A stretch of 63,448 nt of DNA, the filler included, from Reclinomonas americana ATCC 50394 (lineage: Eukaryota): assembly GCA_048213135.1 (NCBI GenBank). It is 5 parts of 2 records of this genome, joined end to end, with 100 filler letters (N's around TTAATTAATTAA, not from the genome) between each part and the next. Parts side by side here need not be neighbours in the genome. Positions count along the whole stretch, not along the records: positions 8,186 to 19,966 come from PS015112.1; 4 more parts are not named here. The stretch is one strand, 5' to 3'. Position 1 is the stretch's first letter, and each line of letters begins with the position of its first letter. Below, piece by piece: positions 8,582 to 20,066 of the stretch. The translations under genes and the position numbers were made by a program. The notes under the pieces are model-generated. The model searched no databases. It saw only the letters and a program-made list of their open reading frames with translations, and was not told the origin of the DNA.

Positions 8582-9667
8582 ATGACCTCTGCTCCTCCCT
8601 CCCTCCCTCATAGAACCCTGCATGGCCACACATCAGCCGTGTCATCTGTCGCTGTCACCGCCGATGGCGAGTTCATCGTGAGTGGAAGTGGTGACAACAC
8701 GGTGCGTGTTTGGTCGCTGGCGAGTGGCAAGGAGATGCGACGCTTGGAGGGACACACTGGCAGTGTGCTTTGCGTTGCTGGGACTCCTGACGGGCAGCAT
8801 GCTGTAAGTGGCGGTACTGACAAGACTATACGTGTGTGGTCGTTGGCGAGTGCGGAAGAAGTGCGACGGTTGGAGGGTCACAATGGAAGTGTGTGGTCCG
8901 TCGCCGTCACTCCCGATGGACAGCACATTATCAGTGGTAGTGCTGACACCACTGTGTGCGTTTGGTCATTCGTGAGGGGAGAAGAAGTGAATCGTATGAG
9001 CGGGCACACAGATTTCGTCGTGAATGCTGTCACTGCCACTCTGGATGGTCAGCTCACTGTGAGCGGGAGTGATGACGAGACTGTGCGAGTGTGGTCAATA
9101 GCGAGAGGCGAGGAAGTGCGACGGTTGGAGGGCCACACCAATGCGGTGATGTCTGTCGCCGTCACTCCTGACGGTGGGCATGTTGTGAGTGGCAGTCATG
9201 ACAAGACAGTGCGAGTATGGTCGGTGGAGAGTGGAGACGAGGTGCGACGGTTGGAGGGTCACACTGGCATGGTGCTCTGTGTCGCCATCACCCCCGATGG
9301 CGAGCATGCCGTGAGTGGTAGCTGGGACAAGACAGTGCGAGTGTGGTCGTTGGTGAGTGGAGCGGAAGTGCAACGGTTGGTGGGACACACTGATGCGGTG
9401 TGCTCTGTCGCTGTCACCCCTGATGGTCAGCACATTGTGACGGGGGGTAACGACAAGACTGTGCGCGTGTGGTCCACGTCGAGCGGACTCGCTCGACAGG
9501 AGCTCGACTGCGCGCATTCGGCGATGCGGGCGGTGCAGGAAATGCTGGAAGAAGTGGGGGAAGAGGATCCTCGGTGCTTGGCGGAGATTGTGCTGCGCTG
9601 CTTCCTGGTGGAGGATGCCGAGGCGCAGGTTTATCGTTGCTTTGCCGATGGCTCCCTTGGGTGGTGA
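8582..9667 (+). CDS. WD40-repeat protein copy 6
   Basis: ATG 8582 (MTSAPPSLPH). Seven repeats plus tail ending DGSLGW. Confidence 0.93.
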   Translation: MTSAPPSLPHRTLHGHTSAVSSVAVTADGEFIVSGSGDNTVRVWSLASGKEMRRLEGHTGSVLCVAGTPDGQHAVSGGTDKTIRVWSLASAEEVRRLEGHNGSVWSVAVTPDGQHIISGSADTTVCVWSFVRGEEVNRMSGHTDFVVNAVTATLDGQLTVSGSDDETVRVWSIARGEEVRRLEGHTNAVMSVAVTPDGGHVVSGSHDKTVRVWSVESGDEVRRLEGHTGMVLCVAITPDGEHAVSGSWDKTVRVWSLVSGAEVQRLVGHTDAVCSVAVTPDGQHIVTGGNDKTVRVWSTSSGLARQELDCAHSAMRAVQEMLEEVGEEDPRCLAEIVLRCFLVEDAEAQVYRCFADGSLGW

Positions 9668-9679
9668 TGGTCGATGGGC

Positions 9680-9760
9680 GAGGATCTGCGTCTTCTGCTC
9701 TCCTTGCTTCGCTGTTTCCTCGTCGAGGAAGCCAAAATCATGTTGTTCCGATGCTTGTTG
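9680..9760 (+). pseudogene. Degenerate copy of the WD40-gene C-terminal tail after copy 6
   Basis: Translates EDLRLLLSLLRCFLVEEAKIMLFRCLL, against EDPRCLAEIVLRCFLVEDAEAQVYRCF. Confidence 0.7.
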
Positions 9761-9845
9761 CAGGCGAGTGGTGCCACCAAGTTGTTTGCAGTGAAAACAT
9801 GCACGAGTGTCCTCTCAGTCCTTCTTGATTGTTCGAAATCATTAC

Positions 9846-9975
9846 ATGCACATGTTGGCGCGCTTCTCTCTCGCCGGCATTCGCGTGTTCCGCGAGGCAC
9901 CTGCAGATGCCGCCATCAAGAGTCACAAACTCTTGGCACAAACAGGCTTCATTCAGAAGGTCGCGAAGGAGGGGA

Positions 9976-10007
<32 letters not shown>

Positions 10008-10688
10008 AGTGGAAGGGAAGGATGAATGTGTTCAGGAAGAGAGGGAGGAAAGGGGACGAGAGCGAGTCAGTGTGGGAGAGTAACTGTGAGTGAGAGAGAG
10101 AGGCATGTATGAGACGAGTGTGAATGAAAGAAAGAGAGAGTGTGAGAGAGAGTGAGTGAGTGAGTGAGTGAGTGAGTGAGTGAGTGAGTGAGTGAGTGAA
10201 TGAGTGAGTGAGTGTGTGAGAGAGAGAATGAGTGAGTGAGTGAGTGCATGCAAGTGTTGTTTTCTGATCTGTTTTTTGTTTTTTGCAGTCTTCTGTTGGT
10301 GTGTTCACTCTGATGCCTCTGGCGCTGCGACTGCTCGGGAAAGTGAGCAGTGTGATTGATCAAGAGATGCAACGAGTGGGTGAGTTGCTGAGAAGGCAGA
10401 AGGGGAAGTGAAGGGGCTTTTGTGACAAGATGCGACTCGTTCTCTCGCCCTTCTTCTTCTTCCTTGTCGTACCTTGTCTTCCTCCTCCTCCTCCTTCGTC
10501 TTGTTCTTGTTCTTGTTCTTCTCCTCCTCCTCATCCCCATCCTCTTCTTCTTGTTCTTTTGCTCCTCCTCGTCATCCTCTTGCTTTCTCTTGCTCCTTTG
10601 TCTTCTTCCTCCTCTGCCTTCTCTCGCTTTGTCTCCTCCCCCCTNNNNNNNNNNNNNNNNNNNNNNNNNNNNNNNNTCTCTCTCTCTC

Positions 10689-10782
<94 letters not shown>

Positions 10783-13145
10783 CTCCTCCTCCTCCTCCTC
10801 CTCCTCCTCCTCCTCCTCCTCCTCCTCCTCCTCCTCCTCCTCCTCCTCCTCCTCCTCCTCCTCCTCCTCCTCCTCCTCCTCCTCCTCCTTCTCCTCCTCC
10901 TTCATCTTCTCCGTCTCCTCAGAGTCGCTATCTCCCTCCTTTCCCTCACACACTCACTGCATTGGAACAGGCGGTGTTCGCCTCTCCATGCCACTGCTCA
11001 CCGACGCCGATTTGTGGAAGAAGAGCGGGCGATGGGCGACCGCTGATGAGGAAGTGCGTCTTCTCTCGCATGCATTCTCTCTCCCTGTGTGTGTTTGTTT
11101 ACGTTTTTTGCGCAGTTGATGCGAGTGCGCGATCGCAAACAAGCCGAGTACTGCCTGTCGCCCACCCACGAAGAGGTGATTACAGATGTGGCCAGCAAGG
11201 TGGCCACCTCGTATCGCCAGCTGCCACTACGGCTGTATCAAATAGGTGTGCTGTTATCTTCCCCCCCGTTCCCTCCCCCTTTTTCTCATCGCCCTCCCTT
11301 TCAACCAGGCCCCAAATTCCGCGACGAAATCCGCCCCCGATTCGGCCTGCTGCGCGGTCGCGAATTCGTAATGAAGGACATGTACTCGTTCGACGCCACG
11401 GTCGAGGAGGCCATGGTTACCTACGAAGAGGTGCGACAGGCGTACATTCGCGTCTTCGAGCGGCTACGACTGCCTGCGGTGTGTGTCGAAGCCGACTCGG
11501 GCAGCATTGGCGGATCCTTGTCGCACGAATTCCAGGCACTTATTTTCCCCTCGCCGTCATTCCTGCGACTGTCATGCTGACTCTTTGTCCGCGCGCAGGT
11601 TCCCTGCGACGTAGGCGAAGACATTCTCGTATCGTGCTCGACATGCGGTCTCGCCACGTCGGCGGAGCGAGCGAATGCCACTGGCAAACCGTGCACAGAG
11701 GGTGCCAAATGTGCAGAACGCCACAACTGTGCCGGTGTGCAGACGCGTCGTGGACTGGAGGTTCTGTTTATCGATGCGAGTGCATCTCTCTCTTCCTCTG
11801 TGTTCACTGTGCGCTGTGCCCAGCTCGGCCACGTGTTTTATCTCGGCACCAAGTACTCGGCGCCGATGGAGGCCAAGTTTGCCACCTCGTCGGGCGAGCT
11901 TCAACCATTCGAAATGTGTTGCTTTGGGGTGCGTACGTTCCCGGCAATGCAGTGTGTGATTGCTGCGCACCGACTTCTATGCGTGCAGATCGGTGTGTCG
12001 CGAGTCATTGGTGCACTCGCGGAACTGTACGCTTCAGATGACGCGCTCCGATGGCCAGTCGCCGTGGCGCCGTATCGGTGAGTCGGCGCCATAAGATGAG
12101 CGAGGGTGTCCGTGTTGGCACGACGCTCCTTCACTTGACACCACTCGGGCGGACGTATGCTGCTCTCTGTTTGTAATTTTGCTCGGCACTTAACTCCTAT
12201 CCTCCTCTTCTCTTCCCTAGTTCATCCTGATTGATTGCTTGATATGTGCTTCTCTCTCTCTCTCCTTTTATCTCTGTTTTCTCCCGGCTCGAGAATGCTT
12301 GCCTGTGCGTGTACTTTCATCCTAGACGCCTTCAATCTCCGTGCCAAGTGGGCCGTCGTAGCTGCTCTTTGTTTCTCAATAGGCTCGGCTCTCCTCTCAT
12401 GTCCTCTTCTCTGGTTTTCTTCCATCGACACTCCACTGTTCTTTTGATTCCTTCTTTCACTCCGTCCTCATCAATGACAATGGGGTGCTTGATGTCTCGA
12501 TGTGCCTTTTTGTCTTGCTCGGCACTGCTTGCATGAGCATGTCTTTTCTCCGCTTGGTTTCTTTCTACTCCATCGTTTTTCTATTTGTCCTCCCTTCGTT
12601 ACTCTCTCATCGTCGTTTATGTCCTCATTCTCTCTCCTTGATTCCTCTCCACCATTACCCTCCATTTTCTCTCTCCATTTCATCTTGCTCATTTCACACA
12701 TGCCTCTCCCCCCTCCCCCCTTCCCCCTCCCCCCTTTCCCTCATTCCCCCTTTCCAGAATCGCCGTCCTCTCCCTCTCCGGCAAAGGCCGCAAGGGCGCC
12801 CACGTAGACCCCACCATCGCCGAGCTGGCCACTCGCACCGCGGAGCGTCTGTCACAGACCGCCGGCTACACCGACGAGGTCATTGTCGACGACCGCGTGG
12901 AGGAGAACGGAACCAAGCTGCGCGAGGCGCACATGCTCGGCTTCCCCTACGTGGTGATTGTGTCGGGCAACACGGTGGCGACGGGCACCATCGAGGTGCG
13001 TTGCCGCTGGCCGCCCAGGGCCTCGTCGGCGGTGACCATTGAGGAGGACAAGGAGGTGGCGGGGCGCTACATTGCCAGGATTCCCGTGCAGGGCGACGCA
13101 TTGCGTGAGTTTTTCGAGGCCGAGGCCGCTCACCATAAGCTGTAG
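9846..13145 (+). CDS. PARS2: Prolyl-tRNA synthetase, mitochondrial/bacterial type (multi-exon)
   Basis: Exons ~9846-9959, 10289-10379, 10971-11053, 11116-11247, 11309-11535, 11599-11760, 11824-11927, 11989-12077, 12758-13145. They encode [89 protein letters not shown] and an anticodon-binding domain (VDDR...[12 protein letters not shown]). Confidence 0.96.
10677..10900 (+). repeat. (CT)n/(CCT)n microsatellite in a ProRS intron; representative of many AG, AC, GT and GAGT tracts (e.g. 10150-10245, 18769-18830, 24563-24658, 29095-29225, 43944-44050, 46558-46622)
   Basis: Directly visible simple repeats, frequently bordering assembly gaps. Confidence 0.95.
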
Positions 13146-13288
13146 ACCCCCACCACCCCCACACTGTACGAAAATGTCATGATTGAATCATGGCGTGTGG
13201 GGGGCGACAGGAGAATCTGCCACCTCATTTATTTTCTCTCTCGTGCTCTCACTTTGACCATTTATTGTTGTTGTTGTTGAGCAGCAGA

Positions 13289-15628
13289 ATGATACCTATT
13301 CGCCCGCCGACCTCTTCGGAGGTGCGGCCGACACCTGCGGAGGCGGCGCGTCAGTCGTCCAAGTGGCGGTCGCGCGCCACCTCGCTAGATTCCTCAGCAT
13401 TTTCCATGTCACCGCAGTCGACCTCGCTGGTGTCGGTCGCCCCGAGCATCTTTGGCTCGCCGGGAATGAGCCCGTTTGTCGTGCGCCAGTCGCCGACCTT
13501 GCCGTCACCCATGTCGCCTCTGTCCATCTCCACGTCGGCGCTGATGGGGCCGTCGCCTTCGCCATCGCCGTCGCCGGTGCCGCACCACCGACGGCGGCGA
13601 CTGTCACACGCCGCTGTACGTCTGCGACCGACCGCCTCGCTGGTGGACCGCGGCACCGGCACCGGCCTGCGCTTCCTATTTGCTCGACGCACCACGCCGC
13701 TCTCGCAGGCGGCGCTGGTGCGCGTCTCGCCGTCCACCGACGACTGGGGACTGGTTACCGGTTTGGCCGATGCGTCGCCGGGTTCGGGTCCGTTCACGGA
13801 CGAGCAGCGAGCGCTCGACTGGATGCCGTCACTGCGCTTGTGGTTGCTGGAGCGGGACAGCGAGCGGCGACTGCGTCCGCAGCGGGCGGTCGCCACGGAC
13901 GACAACAGCAGCAGCTGTCAGCAGTTCTCCGCGTCACCGTCGCTGTCGTATTCGCGCTCCATGCAGCGCTCCTTCATGTCGCCCTCGCCGTCGCCCTCCG
14001 CCAGTGGCGCCAGCATGAGTGGCAGTCGTGGTGCCGCCGTGGCGCCGCCGATCGCCGAGTTCATGCCGCAGTGTGGGCCGTGGCCCAATAAGTTTAAGCG
14101 CACGTTTCGTTGACACCAATTGCAAGAGCCAGGGAGGTTTCTTTCTCTTGGTCTTCTTCTCCTTCTTCTTTGCTGCTGTTGGTACTGCTGCTGCTTGTGC
14201 TGTTGTTCTTCTTGGTCTTTTGGTCCCTTCCTTGATCTGCTGCGGCTTGGTCTTCTTCTTGGTCTTGTGCGACATGGTCTTCTTCTACTTGGTCTCCTTC
14301 TCCAACTTCTTGTTGCTCCTCTTGATGTTCTTCTGTTTTTCTTCTACTTCTCCTCCTCCTCCTCCTCCTCCTCCTCCTCCTCCTCATCCTCTTCCTTCTT
14401 GTTCTTGTACTTGGTCTTCATCTTTGTCTTTTTCTACTTGGTCTTCTTCTTAGTCTTCTTCTGCTTGTCCTTCTTCTTGGTCTCCTTCAACTTGGCCTTT
14501 TGCTTCTTCTTGTTCTTCTCCTTGGTCTCCTTTTTCCTGCTGTTGCTGCTGCTGCATCTGTTGCTACTTCTGTTTCTGCTGCTTCTGCTACTTGTTATTG
14601 TTCTCCTTCTACCTGTTCTCCTTTTAGTCTTCTTTTCGGTGGGACACGGTCTTCTTCCTGGTCTTCGACGACTTGGTCTTGTGCAACTTGGTCTTCTTTT
14701 CTTCTTGGTCTTCTTCTCCACCTCCTTGCTGTTCCTCTTGTTGCTCTTCTTCTTGGTCTTCTTCTACCTAATCTTGTGCGCCTTGGTTCTTCTTCATTTT
14801 CTCCTCCTCCTCCTCTCTCCTCTTCTCTCCTTCTCTCTCCTCCTCTCTCCTCCTCTCTCCTCCTCTCTCCTCCTCTCTCCTCCTCCCACTCCTCTCCCTC
14901 TTCTCACTCCCTTTCGCTCCCCAGCGGCTTCCGCTCCACGCGCTGGAAGTACGGCCGACAGCTGGCACGCTATGCACTCGTGACGCACCCCGCCTGCCCC
15001 TACACGGTGCTCTCGGTGAACCCCGACGGCATCGTGTGCTGGCACGTGCTGCTGAGCGTGGAACTGGCCCGGCTGCCGGCCAACGACGACTGGCACCCCG
15101 AGGCCCCGGTGGCGGTGAGCCGCGGTCTGCGTGCCGACGGCACGTTTGTGGTGGCCACCTGCTCCAACACCACCAGCGACACGGCCGGCGTCGACATTCA
15201 CCTCGTGCACATGCGGGTGGACGACGACGAGGGCCGCCTAGCCAGCATGCACCTGCAGGAGAGCGTCCTCCGCGACGTCAGTGTGCGAGCGCTGGCACTC
15301 TCCGACGACGGCAGCATGCTGGCCATGGTGTCGCCCGACGAGTCGGTGGTGCGCGTGTTCGCCACCACCGTCACCGACGTCGACAACGACTGGACCGAGT
15401 TGGTGGCGATTGAGCACGAGACGTTTGCCGAGGCGGCCGATGTGGCTTTTCGTCCGCGCACCAGCTGCACCAGCAGCGAGAAGGAGGAGCTGCTGATCGG
15501 GGCCGGCACGGCGGTGCTGCTGTATGCGATTCCGTCGGGCACCTTTGAGGCCATTTCGCGCGCCGGCTACCACCGCTCGCCCATTTCGTCGGTGGCGTTT
15601 GTGAATTCGGTGATGGCGGCCTCCATTG
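13289..15628 (+). CDS. Hypothetical protein: S/P-rich N-terminus and divergent WD40-like region (continues into the gap; further exons possible to ~18700)
   Basis: Exon ~13289-14091 splices in frame to ~14925-15628, which encodes VRALALSDDGSMLAMVS...VVRVF and HRSPISSVAF. GC-rich coding-like composition against CT-rich intron. Confidence 0.6.
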
Positions 15629-16531
15629 GTGAGATGAGGGGGAAGGGGAGAGAGAGAGAGAGGGAGAAGGCACNNNNNNNNNNNNNNNNNNNNNNNNNNN
15701 NNNNNNNNNNNNNNNNNNNNNNNNNNNNNNNNNNNNNNNNNNNNNNNNNNNNNNNNNNNNNNNNNNNNNNNNNNNNNNNNNNNNNNNNNNNNNNNNNNNN
15801 NNNNNNNNNNNNNNNNNNNNNNNNNNNNNNNNNNNNNNNNNNNNNNNNNNNNNNNNNNNNNNNNNNNNNNNNNNNNNNNNNNNNNNNNNNNNNNNNNNNN
15901 NNNNNNNNNNNNNNNNNNNNNNNNNNNNNNNNNNNNNNNNNNNNNNNNNNNNNNNNNNNNNNNNNNNNNNNNNNNNNNNNNNNNNNNNNNNNNNNNNNNN
16001 NNNNNNNNNNNNNNNNNNNNNNNNNNNNNNNNNNNNNNNNNNNNNNNNNNNNNNNNNNNNNNNNNNNNNNNNNNNNNNNNNNNNNNNNNNNNNNNNNNNN
16101 NNNNNNNNNNNNNNNNNNNNNNNNNNNNNNNNNNNNNNNNNNNNNNNNNNNNNNNNNNNNNNNNNNNNNNNNNNNNNNNNNNNNNNNNNNNNNNNNNNNN
16201 NNNNNNNNNNNNNNNNNNNNNNNNNNNNNNNNNNNNNNNNNNNNNNNNNNNNNNNNNNNNNNNNNNNNNNNNNNNNNNNNNNNNNNNNNNNNNNNNNNNN
16301 NNNNNNNNNNNNNNNNNNNNNNNNNNNNNNNNNNNNNNNNNNNNNNNNNNNNNNNNNNNNNNNNNNNNNNNNNNNNNNNNNNNNNNNNNNNNNNNNNNNN
16401 NNNNNNNNNNNNNNNNNNNNNNNNNNNNNNNNNNNNNNNNNNNNNNNNNNNNNNNNNNNNNNNNNNNNNNNNNNNNNNNNNNNNNNNNNNNNNNNNNNNN
16501 NNNNNNNNNNNNNNNNNNNNNNNNNNNNNNN

Positions 16532-16595
<64 letters not shown>

Positions 16596-18766
16596 AGAGA
16601 AGAAAGGGAAGTGAAGGGAAGAGAGGAGGGAGAAGACGAGAGGAGAGAGAGGAGAAGAGAATGAGGGAGAGTGAGAGAAAGAGAAAGCTGTGAGACAGCA
16701 TGAGAGTGCGTGAGATTGGATGCAGGAAAACAGTGGAGTGGGTAGACAGACTATCAGGCGACTGATAAACTGAGACGACTATCCTTCGTGCCTTCTCACG
16801 AAATGGAGTTCACGCGCAGGCTTGCTGTTGAGACGGGAGGTCCACGACACGCAGCTGGCGCTGGATCTGGTGGCTGATATCGATGACGCTATCGATGTGG
16901 ATCTTGTTTCCAGAGCACTGCGTTTGGTGAGTGAGGATACGGGGCGGCGGTTGCGGGAGATGGAGGCGGCGGCGGCGGTGGACTGTCGTGATTAGATGGG
17001 TAGGTGGAGAAGAGGTGTGATGAAGTGAAGGTTTGTGGAGTGGTGGGAAACTGACAAGAGAAGCTGACAAGAGAAGCGGACAGGTATACAGCACCTTTTT
17101 TTGGCTCCGAACAAACATTTGCTGCGCAACAATGACAGTGCCGGCAGCAGGAGCAGCCACTTTGTTGCCCAAGCCCTAGTGACCAGCTGCATCAGTGTTG
17201 ATCGGGCTCCATACTATTTCTGCTTTCCGAATCTCCGATGCCGGCGCCGTCTTGTCTGGTATTCATCTTGTCACGACAAGTCAAGAACCACATTTGCTCT
17301 CTCAATCCATCTGCCGCGAGAGCTATCATCACCACCTTACAACAGCCGAACCCTAGCTTCTTATTCCAATGGGCGGTGCGTCGCCCTCATCCCCCGCTGG
17401 CCAGGGATCCAATCGCGGATCCCCAAGCACCAGCGCCCCCACGTCGATGCGATCGGCACCGGCCAACGGCTCCAAGCTCGTGAGACCAACAACACCGCTT
17501 GTTTGATGAAAGTGTTGCGTCTCAGGAGCGTGGCACCGCGACCGCCAGCGTGCCTGTCGAGACCACTCGACTTCTTCAGCCGGATCCCAACTCCACCTCT
17601 TCCTCCACTCCCGCTTTCGCTAACGCTGACGAGCCCCCATTTCCAGGCACTGATTTGCGTGGCGAGTGGCAGTGACGTCTTCCCTCCCCAGATATATAGC
17701 GACCACTTAAGTAACAATAAAAAAACGCGCAACATGTGCGTGAATGGGCCCAGGGTGGGATGTTTGATCATTCATTGTTGTCAAGCACAAGCAAGTGAGT
17801 GGGTGACGGACGAGATCTAGAGTGAGAGAGCGAGATGTTCGAATTCGGGAATTTGTCAGACACAGCCACGGTCACTTGATGGCCTCGTGCAACTCCCAAT
17901 CGCTGTTGTCAGCTGGCAGAGTTTGGAGCCGACAGTCGGCCGCTTGCCGGATTTGCATGCCGGATTCGTCGACATCCCGTCACGACAACTTTCTTGCACA
18001 CTCTTGATCTCCCCCGAGAGAGAGTGCGCCACTTTTTCGTTCCGCCTCGCCTCTCCTTCTACTTTTTCCCTTTTCAAAAGATGAGCTCGCACTCTTCGTC
18101 TTCATCTTCCTGTGGTTCCTCGTCATCGTCGTCATCCGCGACTGCACCGGGCCTGCAGCTGAGACCATCTGCGCCATCTAGTTGATGTGGCAATGTGGAA
18201 CCTCAGCAGCAACCCAGTACAGCCGTGCTGACTCTCGACGACGAGACCGCTAGTTTTCTCTCTTCCCCTCACGATCACGATGATTTCTCTCCATTTGCCG
18301 ACAGCAACGACAAAGGCATCCCAGCGACTGCAGTCTCCGCCAGGCACTCGCACTCATGAGCCGCCTCCGTGCACCAGTTGTCTGTTTTCTGCGTAAAAGC
18401 TGTCTATATTTAGTCTTCCATTTGGTTACGTTTTCGAATGTAAGTCATGAGCGCTCATTGTACGTCGTCATCGTCGTCGGCCGCCGCAGAAGGTGCCTCA
18501 TCGTCGTCGGTGCCGGTGGAACCAGTGGCCGTCCTTGATTGCTGAACAGGCCGTTGCATCCCCGGTGCCGTGTGTCGACTCCTCCTCTTGCGTGCGTCTT
18601 CCCGACGCACCCCCCGCCCCTGCCGCCTTCGCCAACGATCGTACACTACTGCCCTCGAGTAACACCTCTGGCTACTTGGGGGGAGAGTGGCAGATCTAAG
18701 TGAATGTGTGGCTGTTGTGAAGAGAGTTTGCGTGGTGCTGGCGGGGGGGACGTTCACTGCGGGGAG

Positions 18767-18834
<68 letters not shown>

Positions 18835-18858
18835 AGNNNNNNNNNNNNNNNNNNNNCA

Positions 18859-18890
<32 letters not shown>

Positions 18891-19084
18891 CGGCTTGTGT
18901 GCATCGAGCGAGTGACACGTGTGTGATTGAGATGACTTGCATTCTTGCAGCACACTCATTCATACTCACACTCGCTCACAGAGAGAGAGAGAGAGCATGT
19001 GTGTCTCACAGCACGTCTATGTGTGCATTGTGATGCAAGACAAGTGTGATCAGGCATGTGATTGATCGTTCACTGACACACTCT

Positions 19085-19555
19085 CAGAGAGAGAGAGAGA
19101 GAAGTGTGCGATCGAGCTGCAGAGAGAAGTAGCAAGTGTGTTGCTTGCTTTCCTCATGCGCCGTCCCTCCTCTCGCGCCTCAGTTGACTCTGTCACTCCT
19201 CTCTCCCGTTCCTCTGTCGCCTTCCCTCTCCACACTTGCCACACTCACTGTGAGTGTTTGACTGTGCCGCTGCGCACTCCTTTGCGACGCACAAGCAGTG
19301 CGCACGCGAGAGAGAGAGAGAGAGAGAGAGAGAAGTGTGCGATCGAGCTGCAGAGAGAAGTAGCAAGTGTCTTGCTTGCTTTCCCCTCATTCGCTGTTAC
19401 TCCTCCCGTGCCTCAATCGCAGGGAACGTTGACTCTTCTCCACTCCTCTCTCTCGTTCCTCTGTCGCCTTCCCTCTCTACACTTGCCACACTCAGTGTGA
19501 GTGTTTGACTGTGCCGCTGCTCACTCCTTTGCGACGCACAAGCAGTGCGCACGCT
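19085..19555 (+). repeat. Diverged ~230-245 bp direct tandem duplication starting at (AG)n tracts
   Basis: gaagtgtgcgatcgagctgcagagagaagtagcaagtgt...cactcctttgcgacgcacaagcagtgcgcacgc occurs twice (from ~19101 and ~19332). Confidence 0.85.
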
Positions 19556-20066
19556 TGACGTGCATTCCTCTTTCCCACGTGTTCAATCCTCCTCTTCACT
19601 CTGAGCGAGAGTCACAAAAAAAGACCAACTGTCTGTTGTGTCTCTTGAGAGAAGAAAGAATCAGCGAAGAGCTTGCAGGGATTCACACAACTCTGTTGCT
19701 AGTGTGTTGCGAGAGACTGAAGAGATCGTCAAGCAGGCGTTGATTATGCCACTCAGCTCCGTTGCTGTTGTGTTGTGGTGTGAGACTGAAGAGATCGTCA
19801 CGCGGACGTTGATCATGTCACATCGAACGCTATCTCTCTCTCTCTCTCTCTCTCTCTTGTCTACACACGAGCACACGAGAGAAGAGAGTCTATACATTGA
19901 GAGTGCTTGACCTTTTACTCACATCTCCCCCCTCCTCCCTCCCCACCCCCTCCTTCCCCTCCCCAGNNNNNNNNNNNNNNNNNNNNNNNNNNNNNNNNNN
20001 NNNNNNNNNNTTAATTAATTAANNNNNNNNNNNNNNNNNNNNNNNNNNNNNNNNNNNNNNNNNNNN

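Noticed and set aside
1139-9667. Regular ~126-nt repeats as a CRISPR array or DGR template/variable repeats
   Set aside because: They are in-frame coding WD40 units with no unique spacers, cas genes or reverse transcriptase in the window, and the differences are not adenine-specific by eye.
10422-12041. 539-aa ORF and similar long ORFs across microsatellites or N-gaps (14500-16614, 24216-25418, 28970-30889, 36803-38398)
   Set aside because: They stay open only because simple repeats and Ns lack stops. The true exons lie in other or mixed frames.
14094-14770. Antisense Lys/Glu-rich ORFs and sense Leu/Phe-rich ORFs
   Set aside because: Products of degenerate (cttggtcttctt)-type repeats within an inferred intron; no stable reading frame.
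16810-18700. Possible further exons or a separate gene
   Set aside because: Some coding-like blocks, but no consistent frame or motif could be established by eye, so it is not annotated.
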